Assembly: GCA_013265495.1 (NCBI GenBank)
Contig: MU058257.1
Span: 1,106,020-1,170,019 of the forward strand
Direction of reading: 5' to 3'
From: Vicugna vicugna
Taxonomy: Eukaryota
DNA length: 64,000 nucleotides
Positions 13,113 through 26,071 of the stretch are shown piece by piece. Made by a program: the position numbers and the translations under genes. Under the pieces are notes generated by a model. The model was not told the DNA's origin and ran no database searches. It saw nothing but the letters and a program-made list of their open reading frames with translations. The first letter of the stretch is position 1; each line of letters begins with the position of its first letter.

Positions 13113-15562
13113 GAAGTGTCTTTGCTTGAGATTCTTATTTTGGAAAGAAAGGAAAAAAAGCCCCTTAAATTGTAAATTAAGTTACTATTCTAGCCTATGG
13201 TTTAATTTGTTGAATGAAGCCAAGATCCCAGATTAAAAGAAAAGCTATTTAAAATACAAATGTAAAAGATGAGCTCAGAGCTGAACTCTCTAAAAAAAGA
13301 CAAAAACTTTCACAACAAAAGCATCCCAGTTTAGAGCTATTCTTCCCAGGAGAGGGAAAGAAGAATGAAGCAATAAACAGAACAGAGAGAAACGGGAGGA
13401 GGAAGTCAGAGCGTTCTGTTTTCCACTGGCAGGTAGCTGATCTGGGTCTCACGCTTCAGTTGAACCCACTTATCTGGTTTCAGTTGAAATAAGAACATGC
13501 TTATTCTGAATGTTTAAGTGAGATAGAATAATAATTCTTTCCTTGGGTGTTTGACATAGTCTAAAGCTAGTGACTAGGGATTCAGGAACGTCTGTCTCAA
13601 TCATCCACCCATGGTTTGCCTTAGACTGTGGTCTCGAGGGGGACTGATAGCTCTGGTCACACACACTGATGCCCCCGGGGTAAGGAGGTGAGAACACAGA
13701 AATATTGACATGCCGTCTGAGAAACAACCCGGAAGCCAGCAGCTGACACTGTTTAGTCTCATTGACTTACCGGGACTGCAGAGTTTGAAAAGTAAACTAT
13801 GCACGTGGGTAAGGGCTTGCGGGAGGAAAATGCTGGCCGGTGTCACAAGCAGACGGCTGGTGGCGATGTCTACTATCCCAGCTGCCACGCGTTTGTGGCT
13901 GAGAAGTGCGGAGGACTCATGGGGACCCACAGTTCAGCTTTCCCGAGTCTGGTGCCAAACCCAAGCAGGGCATGAAAACCGATTTTTATAGCTTCAAAGG
14001 TACCGGCAGTATATAAAGTTTTATAATCTGATTTCTACAGCATGGTCCTCGCTATGTAAACGCTCATCCTGCTGAGAGTGCAGAAGGGAAGACAGCGAAT
14101 GAGAGGGCCGGTCTAGACCTACTCAGGGCCCAGGGTGAAGACGTTTGTACCGGTAATTACTTAGGCCCTAAGCCTGGAAAATTCAGTATCGAAACCGTGG
14201 CTGGTTCTAAGGGGATAACTCAGGGCGCTAGGGAGGTGGACGCAGGGATTGCCTGGCCTCCAACACTTCCGTGCTGTGGGACCTCGGGACGTTTTCCTGT
14301 GAAATCAAAGGATGGACAGATTTGTGTCAGCCATCCCTTCCCTTACAGCAAACAGTCTGCAACATCAAGGCTGGGCTCTAAAAGCAGATTAAGTAAACGC
14401 AACTGAAATAAAAATGTCATCTTCACTAGCGACCACCCCCAAAAGGATGGATCTGCTGCCGTAAATAAATAAATGAGGTCTTCATTCCGACTCTGTACTT
14501 GAGGCCCACTCAGCATGAGCACAGTGCTTTTTTTCATTTATTTTATCCATAATTATTCAACATCAACCAGAGGGGCATTGAATGATTCCTACCACAATTT
14601 CATAGTCCTGACTTCAAAGAAGTCATGTTACTTTCTGAGATTCACCCAACAATGTGAATGACAAAATCACAGAACTGCCTATTTCTAGTTCACTGCTTGG
14701 CAGGGGCCCCCACTGGGTGACCCTGTGGCAGGGATGAGCCCTTTCCTGTGGACCCTGGGGCCCTAGCTTCACCCTCCCCCAGCCCAGTGGCATTAGACTG
14801 ACTTCCAGCAAGGCCTCCTTTGGACTTGGACGTCTGCCCCCTTTAACACCAGATGCCCATCATTTCTGTTCTGAAGTTCTTTAACTTTGGCCATGAAACG
14901 TTTTCACTGCGATCGTGAGAACCATGCTCTTGTGAAACACTGATATGCCAAAGAACACAACTGCAAGCCACCCAAGCATCGCAGAGGCGGCCTGCCAGCA
15001 GGCTCCCACGGCGGCTCACACAGCGGCGCGTCAGATGGGCTGCTTCTACGAAATCAATATCCGTACATAATTTACACAGGAAGATGTACTACGAAGTTTG
15101 TCATGAATAACAGGGATTACTCCCTTCCCCTCGCCTCTTTCCTCCGGCTGAGTCCTTCCTATTGCCCAGGGGCAACAGCTTCAGCTTTGTAGATGATTCT
15201 TCCATACTTGCTTCCGTTTCTCTAAATACTACGATTAAATTCAGACCTGATGTATCAATTCCCTATAAAATGGGGGGTATTAACTCTCTTATACCAAGAA
15301 ACACACAGACACACACAGACACACGAGTCTCTTTCAGCTCCCCGCCACCCTCCCATGGTGTTACATAACAGCTTTGTCTCCATGTACAATTATTATTCCC
15401 AGCTGAACTGTACAGTATGCTGTGACACGTCTTTCTCCATGTAATTGCTTTCCAGTTAATAACAGCCTTAGTTTGGTTTTTGTGTTTGGTTTTCACTAAA
15501 TCGTTCTTTAATAGAGATGGGACCCCCTAATACGGCCACAGACATCAAGAATACTAACCCTT

Positions 15563-15908
15563 CTAAAAAATTATACAAATGAACATATTTACAAATGAGA
15601 AAGAGAGTCACAAACATAGAAAACAAACTTATGGTTACCAAAGGGGAAAGCAAGGGGAGGGATAAATTCAGAGTTTGGGATTAACAGATGCACAACACTG
15701 TATATAAAATAGATAAGCAACAAGGACCTTCTGTACAGCACAGGGAACTATATTCACTATCTTTCAATAACATACAGTGGAAAAGAGTCTGAAAAAGAAC
15801 AGATATATATGTGTATACGTGTATAACTGAATCGCATGCTGTACACCTGAAACTAACACAACATTGTAAGTCAACTATACTTCAATTTTTAAAAATTAAA
15901 TTTTGAAA
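15563..15908 (+). mobile_element. 5'-truncated L1 3' UTR
   Basis: Same family text as the other copies; TSD aagaatactaaccctt (15547-15562) / aagaatattaactctt (15909-15924). Confidence 0.95.
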
Positions 15909-15914
15909 AAGAAT

Positions 15915-16520
15915 ATTAACTCTTTTTGGATTCATGTCTCCTGGAACCTTCTGTCTCCTGCTCTGATCTGATCTGGGTTCACTGTGCGCAGCTGCAGTTT
16001 TATACCTTCTCTTGACCATCAATCTGGGAGCTTCATTTTTTCCCTCTTGTGCACCTGATGCACAGTTTCCTGATTCCGTTTCTCTTTACTCCTTTGTCTT
16101 ACTAGAACTATCTTCAGGTAACTTCCACAGAAAAGAAACAGGGAAGGTCATTGTTTTGAGACGTTAATCTGTCTTTAAAAATCCTCACTGTCACTTGCTA
16201 GTTTGACTTGGTCAAGAATTTCAGGTCAGATAACATTTCCTTTGCCATTTTAAAGGCATTGCAATATTGTTTTTCCAGCTTCCACTGTTTTTACAAAGAA
16301 GTCCGGTGCAGTTCTAAAACTCAATCCCAGAGATTTCAGGTAAGTCTCTCTCCAGTTCCCTCTCTGCTTTTCATCCCTCGGAAATTTCACTGATGCTTCT
16401 CGCCCACTTCATGCCCCCCCTCAGTCTGTCTGTCCTTTGGTCTTCAACCTTTTAAAATTATTTACTGTCAGCTTTGAAGCACTTGTCAGGGAATACAACC
16501 AACCATGCATGCTCAGCCCA
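15915..16520 (-). mobile_element. Highly decayed old L1M fragments
   Basis: T-rich L1M-like text (gtttgacttggtcaagaatttcaggtcagataacatttcc...aaagaagtccggtgcagttctaa). Confidence 0.45.
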
Positions 16521-16596
16521 CCTCAGCATTGAATAATGGTCAATATTTTACTATTTTTATCATTACTAATGCATAATAACATTATTAGTTAACATT

Positions 16597-16795
16597 ACAA
16601 ACTACTACTATATACAAAATAGATAAACAACTAGGTTCTACTGTAGAGCACAGGGAACTCTATCCAATAGCTTGTAATAACCTATAATGAAAAAGAACCT
16701 GGAAAGGAATTTATATACATGCATAACTGAATCACTATGCTGTGCACCTGAAACCGACACAATATTATAAACCAACTATACTTCAATAAAAAAAT
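16597..16795 (+). mobile_element. Short L1 3' end
   Basis: tatatacaaaatagataaacaa...agcacagggaactctatcc...tatacttcaataaaaaaa. Confidence 0.9.
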
Positions 16796-19700
16796 TGCTA
16801 TTATAATAACCATTGCACATGTCCTCTGGCCACTGTGTTTAAAAAATAAGTGTTGTTGGTGAAAAGTCAGAACTTGGAATATTTTGTGTGTCTCACCCTG
16901 GCTCTGAACAGCCCAGTGGTAGAAAATTCTTTCTCTTCCCTCCCAGCTAAAGTGCACCTTTTCAGTGGCTTTCCCAAAACTTTCTGGGTTCCTTTCCTCC
17001 AGTCCCTGACTACATTTTGACCTCCCAGTGACCCTCTGCCCCAGGCAAGTCTCTCTCACAAACCCATCTTAGAATTTCCAACTTTCTTCACTTCTTACTG
17101 GTTCCAATTGCCCTGGTCAGCTTTCTCCTTGTCGGGTCATCAGCAGGTCTCAGTAATTCGGCTCACTGACCCTGCGAGGCATGACTGACCTTCCGACGGA
17201 GTCCCTTAATTGTAGCATGTGGTCCTGAGCTCCTCAGGGAGCAGGCTCCGTGCGGGGAGAAATAACAAAGGAGACAAGAACAAACAATGGCTTCTCAGAA
17301 CATTGCCAACAATTCCACACACAAGCAGTTGAGGAAGAATTCGTGGACCCAAACCCGAGGAATGAGAGCCCAGAAGCTTCTCTGACCTGGGGACGTGGGG
17401 GAAGCGGGCAGCTTGGCCATATGGAGGCCCCTGAAGACCCCACATCTATCCCGAGGACACAAGTAGAGAAAAGTGAGGGTGGCTGCCCCACTTCCTAACC
17501 TGGACAAGCCAACATCCTTTCTTTGCCTGGAATATGAATTCTTGGCAATTCCCCCATTGGCTCAAATTTCTGAAGAAAGCATCAATTTCCATTCCTGCAT
17601 CTTTCCCTCTTTCCCCCTCAATTCGGCAGAATCCACCTGCAGAGAGAAGTGGAATTTTGGCTGCTGGTGAGAGCTCTGCCCTTCTGTATGTCTCCCTTGC
17701 CTTCGGGGCTCTCCAGCTGATTTATTTGTGCATATACTAGAGATGTAAGTTCCCCCACAGAAGCCCCCATCATGCCCAAAACTTCTGGTTTCTGCAGGAG
17801 CTTTCAGCACTGGAGTGAAAGGGCAGAGAAAAAATGAAAGGGAATATCAGAGGGACAAGAGCCAAAGTCCAGCACCTCCGCGGACGTGAGCAAAAGGGTA
17901 GTTTCTGGGCAACTTTCTTTCCATCAAGAGACGTTACTACGGGACCAACACAGGAAAAAATATGCGGCGAATCACGCGAGTGTGTGAGTAAGGTTAAACA
18001 ATGGAGCAGATTAAGTGAGGATACCGTCCTTGGCCAAACCCCTGTGATTGTTTACCACAAAAGAAACTCTGGAAAAAGCTCAATTCTAAATCCCTGGTGG
18101 ATTTAACTCTGCGTTTCTGTGGCCCCTCCGCAAAGCAAACCTCCCAGGGCGCTGAGGAGCTGGGCAGTGACACAGCATATTTTGGTTTAATGGAAGATTG
18201 TTTATCTTGGCTGCTAAGATTTCACATGTCATCTCCGACCTTCTCTTGGGTTGAAAAACACTGAATTCACAGAAGAGATAAGAAAACTTGCCCTTCAGAA
18301 TAAAATAAATACATTTGGAGGCCTCAGATACTTCATAGGAAGAGTGAAGACATGTATGGTCTTTAAATGTCCCCCCACCATCTGTTGCCTTCCCCAAACT
18401 TATGAAAACAGGCTTTGCTAAGACTGAGCGAGGGGAATTTATACCAGCCTCAGACCATTCAGGCTATGACCCCATTTTTTTTCCTTAAAGCAGAATTTTT
18501 TGTGCAATCACAACACTGAGTTTGAATTTCCACCACCAATATCCACTTGTGTATAAAGTAATAAAAATAACACAGGAGGCTTTCAAATAATTCTCTCATC
18601 GACATCTTTTTCTTGTAAATACAGGATCTCTGTAATTTCTGTAGGAAAAGTGAAATGATTTATGTAGGAGAATGTTTGAGCGGTTTAATCAATTGAGAGA
18701 ACTATAGCCAATGGAACAAAACTGGAGAAAAAGCAACAATCTGGGGAGAGGTATTTAACTGATTAGCCCTCACTGAAAATAGCAACATGGCCGTCCCGTA
18801 AGTGGTGACTTGAAAATAATCTTTTAAAGTTTGCACGGCGTGAGCGAGGTTGCAGTTGCCCTGCTGTTTTCCTTGGCAAGCGCGAGCTCCTCTGTGGACA
18901 CTGAATACATCTGACCTTCGGGGCCGATCAGCTCTAGAACCAGACTGCTTGACAGTTCTCCTGAGAATTCAAACCTTCAGTGAAAAGATACGTGTAACTC
19001 ACTCCTTGCTTGGATGCAAAGAAACACAGAGACTTCACCAGGTGTGAAAACACGTTGAGCTTCTGTAAAGGTGGTGTCAGATGTCGCTGGTCTCTGGAGG
19101 GGATGGGACCTCAGACTCTCGGTGGCAGAAAAACTCAGCTCCTCCCCTTGCACTCAGAAGTGACCATCTCTACTTTGTTGGCCTGGCTTCCTTGGGGCTT
19201 TCAACTAGGAGAACATTCCTTTTCCCCCTTTACTGTTTTCAAGTTTGATTCGGGTCAATAAACACTTGGAACTTTTTGGACAGCAAATAATAAGCTTAAT
19301 CAGCCCCCTGATGAGTGAAAACACTCTCCGAGTCTCAGTTCTCCAGCCTTTGACATCTTCCTGTTCAAAACAAGCCTAGATGATGTCTAGGATCAAATAC
19401 ACTGGATGAGGGTGGAGGTGCCCAAAAGCTTACTCTTTTTAAAGAGAACTTAGCCCAGTTCACACTCATAAAAGTGGACCGCTTAGCACATGGTTTCCTC
19501 ACCTCAAATCTTCCCAGATTTAGAAAAGTTTTCTTTAAGGCCAGCATATAAATATATTAAGAAATTTCTGCAGCAAAATGAGTTGCACATGGGATGCTAA
19601 GAAGCCAAAGAAGAGGCTATTTCCACTTGGCAGACAGCTGAAAAACACAGCCGTCACATCTGTGGAAGTTACTAATGTCTTTCGTGGGAGGAGGGCTGAC

Positions 19701-21557
19701 AGAAATTGAAAGAATAGTTTCATAGAAATAAACAATCCGTCAGTAAAGCACGGTGGCCCTTCACAAGGACAGTGTCTGGGGCTCTCTTTAGTAAATTTCC
19801 TTAGTTCAAGTTAATATCCAAAGACAAAAGAATATGGGAACCATTCTATTTTGACCTATTGTTGCTAAGATGAAATCCATAATTCCAGGGTTTGTGTCCT
19901 TATCTGTGTAAATGACTAAGTGGTCACGTCACCCCGTGTGATTTCTCACACAGGTCACTTATGGGAGATGATCACTTTTCCTGATTACTAGGGCATCTTT
20001 CCATGCACTGGAGTCAGTCATTTCAAGATGTGTTTTACCTCATTATTCATTGTTAACTGGTCGACGAGGACGTGCACACTGCAAATATGTTCCTCATTAA
20101 AGGGCTGCATCTCCTTTTCCTGGCCGTGGTCTCTCAGCCCCTGGACGGGGCTATAAGGGAAGATTTGGGTCATCCCATCAAGTAGGGGGCGTTGTTTCTG
20201 TCAATGTAGCCCCAAGGCTCTCCTGCCCAGAAGACATCTTCTCTGTGGCACCTGACTTGTCTCATCCTTGTCTGCTCTCCCTTTTCATTTCTGCTTAAAG
20301 CCTTGCAGACACCACTTCCTCCCGGTTCTGCCCCCTCTGGCTCTGATCCCCTGCCCTGCCCAGCCCCGCGGTCTGCTCTGCACATGAGGCTCCCGGGAAC
20401 GTGCCAGACAGTGGTCATCTCCTAACTACTGATGGCGAAAGTGTGTTGCCTTGAAGTAGTGGGTCATCACAACAAAGTGAGCGTCACCTCTGTGGCACCA
20501 TGGAGGAAACCAAGGCATGACGCCGGTCCTTGCCAAATCCACCTACCAGGGGACATCGGAGGGAAACGCAAAGTGATACTGGGTTCTAGACAGAGTGAGG
20601 GCGCGCTGGTTTGCAAACAACACAGCGTCATGAGGTCTCCATCAAATAATATTTCCATTCAATAAATGTCAGCATAGGCAATGTTATGTGTTATAGGAAA
20701 GGCGAGAGGAGCTGCGTGAAGAAGCACACAGCACTTGGACAGACATAACACGAGGTAATTATGTCACAGAGCGGAACTGGCGTTAATGCACTATAACAAA
20801 CACTCACAAAACCCAAGAATATTTTTTCAAGTACCAAGAGGACTTGCTCTGCTCAATAAGTCATGTAATCAGAATGGACCTATGGCATTCTTCCAAAATA
20901 GTGGTATTTCTGCATCCGAGAATCCAGGCACCCGGCTGCCAAGACCAGCCCATTTCACAGGCTGTTCAGTCCTTTGAGTCTCTGAGAACAATGTTTTAGT
21001 GCATCAGCTACTGTACACAGATTTGCTAGGGTTTTTTTTTTCCCTCCTGAAGCTTAGCAGCATGATACAGCCTTGAAGCTATAGACAATGGTTATTTCTC
21101 CGAGCACTCGATTTTTTTTCTCATTTCTTGAGAATCTGGGTGTTAGTGGAAGATAAGTGTGTGCACTTGTCCAAAAAACTGTCAGGGGCAGACAGAAATG
21201 GAGAACTGTAATAATGTTAATGATTGATATTCATACTGCATCCTCAGTAGAAAGAACTAAGGATGGTTTTAGAACTATTTCATGGCACTAGAGTGGATGG
21301 AAAATATTGATGGTATTCATGTGATAGATTTTTTTAGTTTGATCAATAGAATTTTCTGTACTCTACCAATGAGGAGTATTATTAAGATGTCAACTCTTAA
21401 ATCTGAGTCCTCTTTACACAAATGGTCAGTGCTTTCCAAACCTCCATGGTGAATATCTCATCTGAAATGATTTTCACTGAAATTCCCTTGGCTACAGGAC
21501 TAGGCAGAATTCATAATTTGAAGAATCATGGATTTTCATTTTGAAAGAAAATACTTT

Positions 21558-21700
21558 GTGGGAGGGAAGGTATAGCTCAGTGGTAGAGAGTGTGCTCAGC
21601 ACGCATGAGGTCCTGGGTTCAATCCCTACCTAGTACCTCCATTAAAAATAAATAAATAAATAAACCTAGTTACATCCCCGCAAAAAAAAATTTTTTTTAA
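21558..21700 (+). mobile_element. tRNA-derived SINE (camelid type), full length
   Basis: A box tagctcagtgg, B box ggttcaatcc, (TAAA)n tail; perfect 14-bp TSD AAAGAAAATACTTT at 21544-21557 and 21701-21714. Confidence 0.95.
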
Positions 21701-22749
21701 AAAGAAAATACTTTTACCACAGGAGTGATGGTGGAGGATAGTGGCAGACAGAAGGGTGTGAGCTGGGAGACGGGGGTTGTACAGGGAAACCATCACATGC
21801 AACATTTTGCTTTGACCAAGCAATCGAAAAGCAGACATCCCAGTTCTGTCAGTGGAGTCCAGAAATGTCTGAGTTACTTCTTGCCTGTTCTCAAGCCAGC
21901 TACCCAGGACCAGGTAAAATGAGTTCCAGCTAACAGAATTCATAAATCATTTTGTAAAAGCCCCGGGCATCTTTCAACTTTGGCATCCTTTTGCGTGGTC
22001 CTCAAACAAATTGGCAGCTGAGGCATTTAAAATTCCTCCCAGCCCCTGTCCTTCTCCCACTGCCACAAACCCTCCAAGGAGGAGACGGGTCGCAAGGATT
22101 CTGCCTTCCTGGTCCATCAGGTGGTCTCCCCGCGGGCAGTGGGGAGCGGAGGCTGTGCTGGCTTATGAGAGAGGGGTTAGCAAAGGTGGAAATACCCTTC
22201 CACCCAGTCCTCAGGTACAGAGCTAGTCTCGTGAGGGATTCAAAAATAAATCCTACCCTCGCAAGGGTGAAACTATGACAGTCCCCATCTGTTGCCACCG
22301 TTGGAGATGGCCGGGCCAAAGGACCTTTGCTCTAGGCGCCCTGGGCTATTTGCAACCTTCCCACTGCCCACTCTTCACGGCTCAGGGGAAGGGACGGGGT
22401 GAAGGCGTGAGTTATTTAGTTTGTCTCGGTCCCACGCTTTTCTCTTCCCTTCCCCCTCACTGGCCATTTCAGACACACCGTCCTCTGGCTCACAGCTCCC
22501 TCCTGCCTCTCACGAAAGGGTCTGAGGTCAGTCCCTGGACAAGAAATGCCACCTCAAGAAATGGGGTATGGATGGTATTAAAGAAACTGAAGGGGAGGGG
22601 GAGAGGCAGGGAGGATCAGCGTTGGCCAGTTTCAAGCATCTTTCCCTTAGGTTTGTCCATTGTTTCCCTAAATACTCAGACATTTTCCCCAAAGGAGCAC
22701 CAATTAGAATACCCATCAATCCTCTAAAATTCACAAGTGAATACACAAT

Positions 22750-23399
22750 TGCTATAGAAAATTTGTGTCCCTCCAAAATGCATGTGTTAAAACCTAACCC
22801 CGGTGTCGGGAGGGGGGCCTCTGGGAGGTCATCAGGTCCTGAGGGTGGAGCCCTCTCGGAGGGCATTAGTGGGTGTGTTGTAGGCAGGAGGCCTGGCAGG
22901 CTCAGGGATCCGGGCAGACCGGAGAAGATCACGAAGCCGTGGGTACCTCTGACGGGCCCTCACTGCGGGCAGGAGTACAGGGGGCTTCCATGGGCGGAAA
23001 GCCCCTCGGCCCTACATAGCAAGGCCAGCAGCCGGGCACCAGCCGCTCCGCGCGCCACGTGGCTGACCGGTGCGCGTGCGCAGCGCACGTCCTTGTACCC
23101 ACACAGCGCTGCTGCTCATGCGGGATCACAGGCACCTGCCGCCCGCGCCTGCCTGACTCCGTTCTCCCTACGGCACTGTCATGAAAGTGGCCTCAGGGAG
23201 TCCCCTCTCCCCTTTCACAAAACGAGAACACCAGACAAAGGCAGCCCTCCCTGAGCGGGGAGTGGGCTCCCGCCACGGAATCTGCCAGCATCTGATCGTG
23301 GACTTTCTACCCTCCAGAGCTGTGACACAAAAATGTCTGCTGTTTAGAAACTACCCAGTCGACGATATTTCGGTGTAACAGCCCAAACAGACTAAGACA
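22750..23399 (+). mobile_element. MaLR solo LTR (MLT1A-like), split by an insertion
   Basis: Starts tgctatag...tgtgtccctccaaaat...gagggtggagccctc...attagtg; resumes ~23180; ends cagcccaaacagactaagaca, the typical MLT1A 3' end. Confidence 0.85.
22876..23175 (-). mobile_element. 300-bp CpG-rich solo-LTR-like insertion nested in MLT1A
   Basis: TG...CA termini with imperfect inverted ends (tgttgtagg ... cctacggca); interrupts the MLT1A; minus strand ends CTACAACA like the LTR at 24605; no clean TSD, strand tentative. Confidence 0.65.
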
Positions 23400-24604
23400 A
23401 CGGCCCTAGAACAGTAAGCCTGTCTCTTTGTCATCCTCTATTCATGAATATAAGGAGCACAGCTCCTGTGGGTCCAGCTTCCAGGGAGAGGTGTCAGGTC
23501 AAAGCCGACTGGTTGGGAGTTACCTGGAAGCACTTTCTTGTCCTCAGGCTGGATGGGAAGATTGTATTGAAACAGAGTCAAGCATGTTTCAAAGTTTGCA
23601 AGAAAAGGTAAATAGGATCGGCTACTAAGCTGCTCTGTGAATCCACCAAGACAGCCGCTTTAAACGTGGCGGGTGGGCTAATGACGGTCAGAGACAGCCA
23701 GCTCTGGCGTTGCAACGAACCATGTGTTTTTTTCTAGCAAACATAGCATACAGGTGACATCCTTATGCAATCCAATTGTTTCCTCCAGGGTTTGGAAAGA
23801 TATGTAAGCCCAATGAGTTCAAGATAAAGGGGAAAGGGGCGGGGGATGAGGATCTGTGCGTGACTGTGCAGAGAGAGTCTTGAGCAGGAAGTGGAGTTCA
23901 AAAGAGGTGGAATGATGGTTCACAAAAGACAGAGATAAGTGGGAGGGGCAATCAATTGGATCAGTCTGTTACGGCTCAAAACAGTCTGATAGGAAGACGA
24001 CGTAATATCCTGATTGCCGACTTAGGGTTCCAAGTCTTCCATATGACGAATAATTAAAGCCAGCTCTTGGGAAATGGAGTCTTTAATTTGTATATTCAAA
24101 AGGGGGAATGCAGTTAGCCCTTTGACCTTACCCCAGACTTTCTCCGGGAGGTGGGGTAAATTCTTTAAGATCCTAAAAAACATGTTTGGAAGCATTCTCT
24201 AGAACCGTGATGAATTTGAGGTCCTAATGAAAAGGACCAGGAAATAATCTTCACTTCCCTACATGCAGTCACATCCTCCACAAACCCCAAAGCTTGCCTT
24301 TGAAAACTCAGCTGCTAGCCTTAGTTAATGTCAGGGCGTCTGACCGTGTCTCTGGTTTTTCTAGTTCTTCCTCCAGGTATGTTTTCAGGCACCCATGTAC
24401 ACACACACAAGCGCCACCAGGAGTGGGCAACCAGTCCCACTACAAACAGATCCACATGGATGCCAGAGGTAGGATGCCCCCAGTCCCTGTCAAAAGAGCC
24501 ACTAGCAGTCACGCTGACCGTGGATGATGATTTGATGGTCTCACGCAATTTTTAAACTGGATGAGGCCCCGTCTCCCCTTCTGCGAAAGTTATTCAAGTT
24601 TTAT

Positions 24605-25128
24605 TGAGGTGGGAAGCTCCATAAAAAAAAGACCAGCAGGACCTCCAAGCAAGGCCACTACTCTCCTGCCAGCCCCATCCTGTTTCCAGGCCTAGCAGCT
24701 TTATCTCACTTTTTGTCTCTGAAATGGTTCACTTCGAGGAAAGTGGAACTGACCCCTAAGATTCTATTGGTTCCCTGAGCTCACTCTTGACTGGTCCCTT
24801 TGTAGTGCTTCATCTGCATGGAGCTCACTCTCGACTGGTTATTTCTTTCACTCCTGATCGGTCCATTTCTACAAAACTTGTTCCTAATCAGTCACCTTTG
24901 TTATACTTTATTTGCATATGATTTTGAAAGTGTAAACTGGCCGCCTATAAAAGCCTGTGTACACCTGCAGCCGGGGCCCAGAGCTAGGAGTGCCAACTGT
25001 CCTGGGCCCGCTGGTGCAATAAGTCTGACTTCTCCAACTCCCCCAGTGCTGCTGGGTCTCTCACCTGGATCCAGGTTGCTGTCACAAGTGAGCTGTCCCA
25101 CTGAGCTGTCCCACGCTTTTCTACAACA
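24605..25128 (+). mobile_element. ERV1-type solo LTR
   Basis: TG...CA ends, TATA box (ctataaaa ~24945), polyA-like caataag ~25017, 4-bp TSD ttat/tgat; alignable to the LTR at 54642-54985. Confidence 0.8.
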
Positions 25129-26071
25129 TGATGACTAAGAACAAAATAGGCGAGAAAAGCCACTGAAGTATATGGTATTGTAGAGTAAGAAGTGGAAAGA
25201 CAAAAGTATTTTGCTTTTTTTGGAAGGGAGAGTAATGTCTGCTTCTAGAAATAGTCAAGGGTTCTTCTCTTCCCTCAATAGAGAGAAGAGAAGCTTAAAG
25301 TGGCCGTGGTGTTAAGGAGAAACAATGGAGGATGCTTTGCACTGTTGGTGGGGCAGGGGCAGGGGCAGGGGAATACGCCAGCGGGGAGGCTGGGAGGAGA
25401 CACCTGAAGGGGACCGCCAGGGAGTCTGAATGAAGGTTTCACACTGAGGACAGCTCAGAGCAAGGCACTGGTAGAATCCAATAGCAAAGGCATGAAGAGC
25501 CCAGGGAGCCGAAGGTGGTCTCAAGACAGGCTGAGTGTCCACAGAATCATTTGGTACTACTTATGGGGCGGTGGGGGCAATGGGGGCGGGGCAGGGCCTC
25601 AAACCCCGGAGGCTCTGATCTAGCAGGTCTGGGATGGGGCCAGTACACCTGTATGTCTGACAGACTCCCAGGAGCACCGACACTGCAGGCCCTGTTGATG
25701 GATGCATTTCTGCAGGAGAGCTTGGGTACTACGCTGCCAGCGTGGGCTATCGCAGGAAACCCGGCGTCCATGTTTCTCTAGCAAGTGGTGCGCAGGTGTG
25801 TTCTGTTAGGCCTCTTAGCAGAGGATGATGTGAACTTACTTGTGGCTGAGATGCAACAGAGTGTCCAGCGGGGCCCAAGTCCCCAGGAAGCAGGGAGAGG
25901 ACTCATTGCTAAGTGCTGTTTCTTTCCAACAGCCATTTCTACCCCAGGGGTGGCACAGGGAAGAGTTTGGTTCAGATATTCCAGGCAGTTTTTTGAGCCC
26001 TTCTCTACACCAGCGGGAAGCCACACAGCTCTGTGTCTCCACTTCTTGGCATTCTCAGTCTTCATGACATC

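Noticed and set aside
21565..21640. tRNA-like sequence with A and B boxes (also at 37871)
   Set aside because: SINE head: A-rich tail, TSD and no complete cloverleaf
22568..23254. 228-aa ORF, the longest in the window
   Set aside because: Runs across unique DNA, an MLT1A LTR and a GC-rich nested insert; stop-poor because of GC content; no recognisable domain
24015..24604. Possible extension of the LTR to 24015 (tgat TSD match) or a polypurine tract AAAAGGGGGAA-TG at ~24098
   Set aside because: Homology to the sister LTR at 54642 starts only near 24605; a 4-bp match and a short purine run are expected by chance
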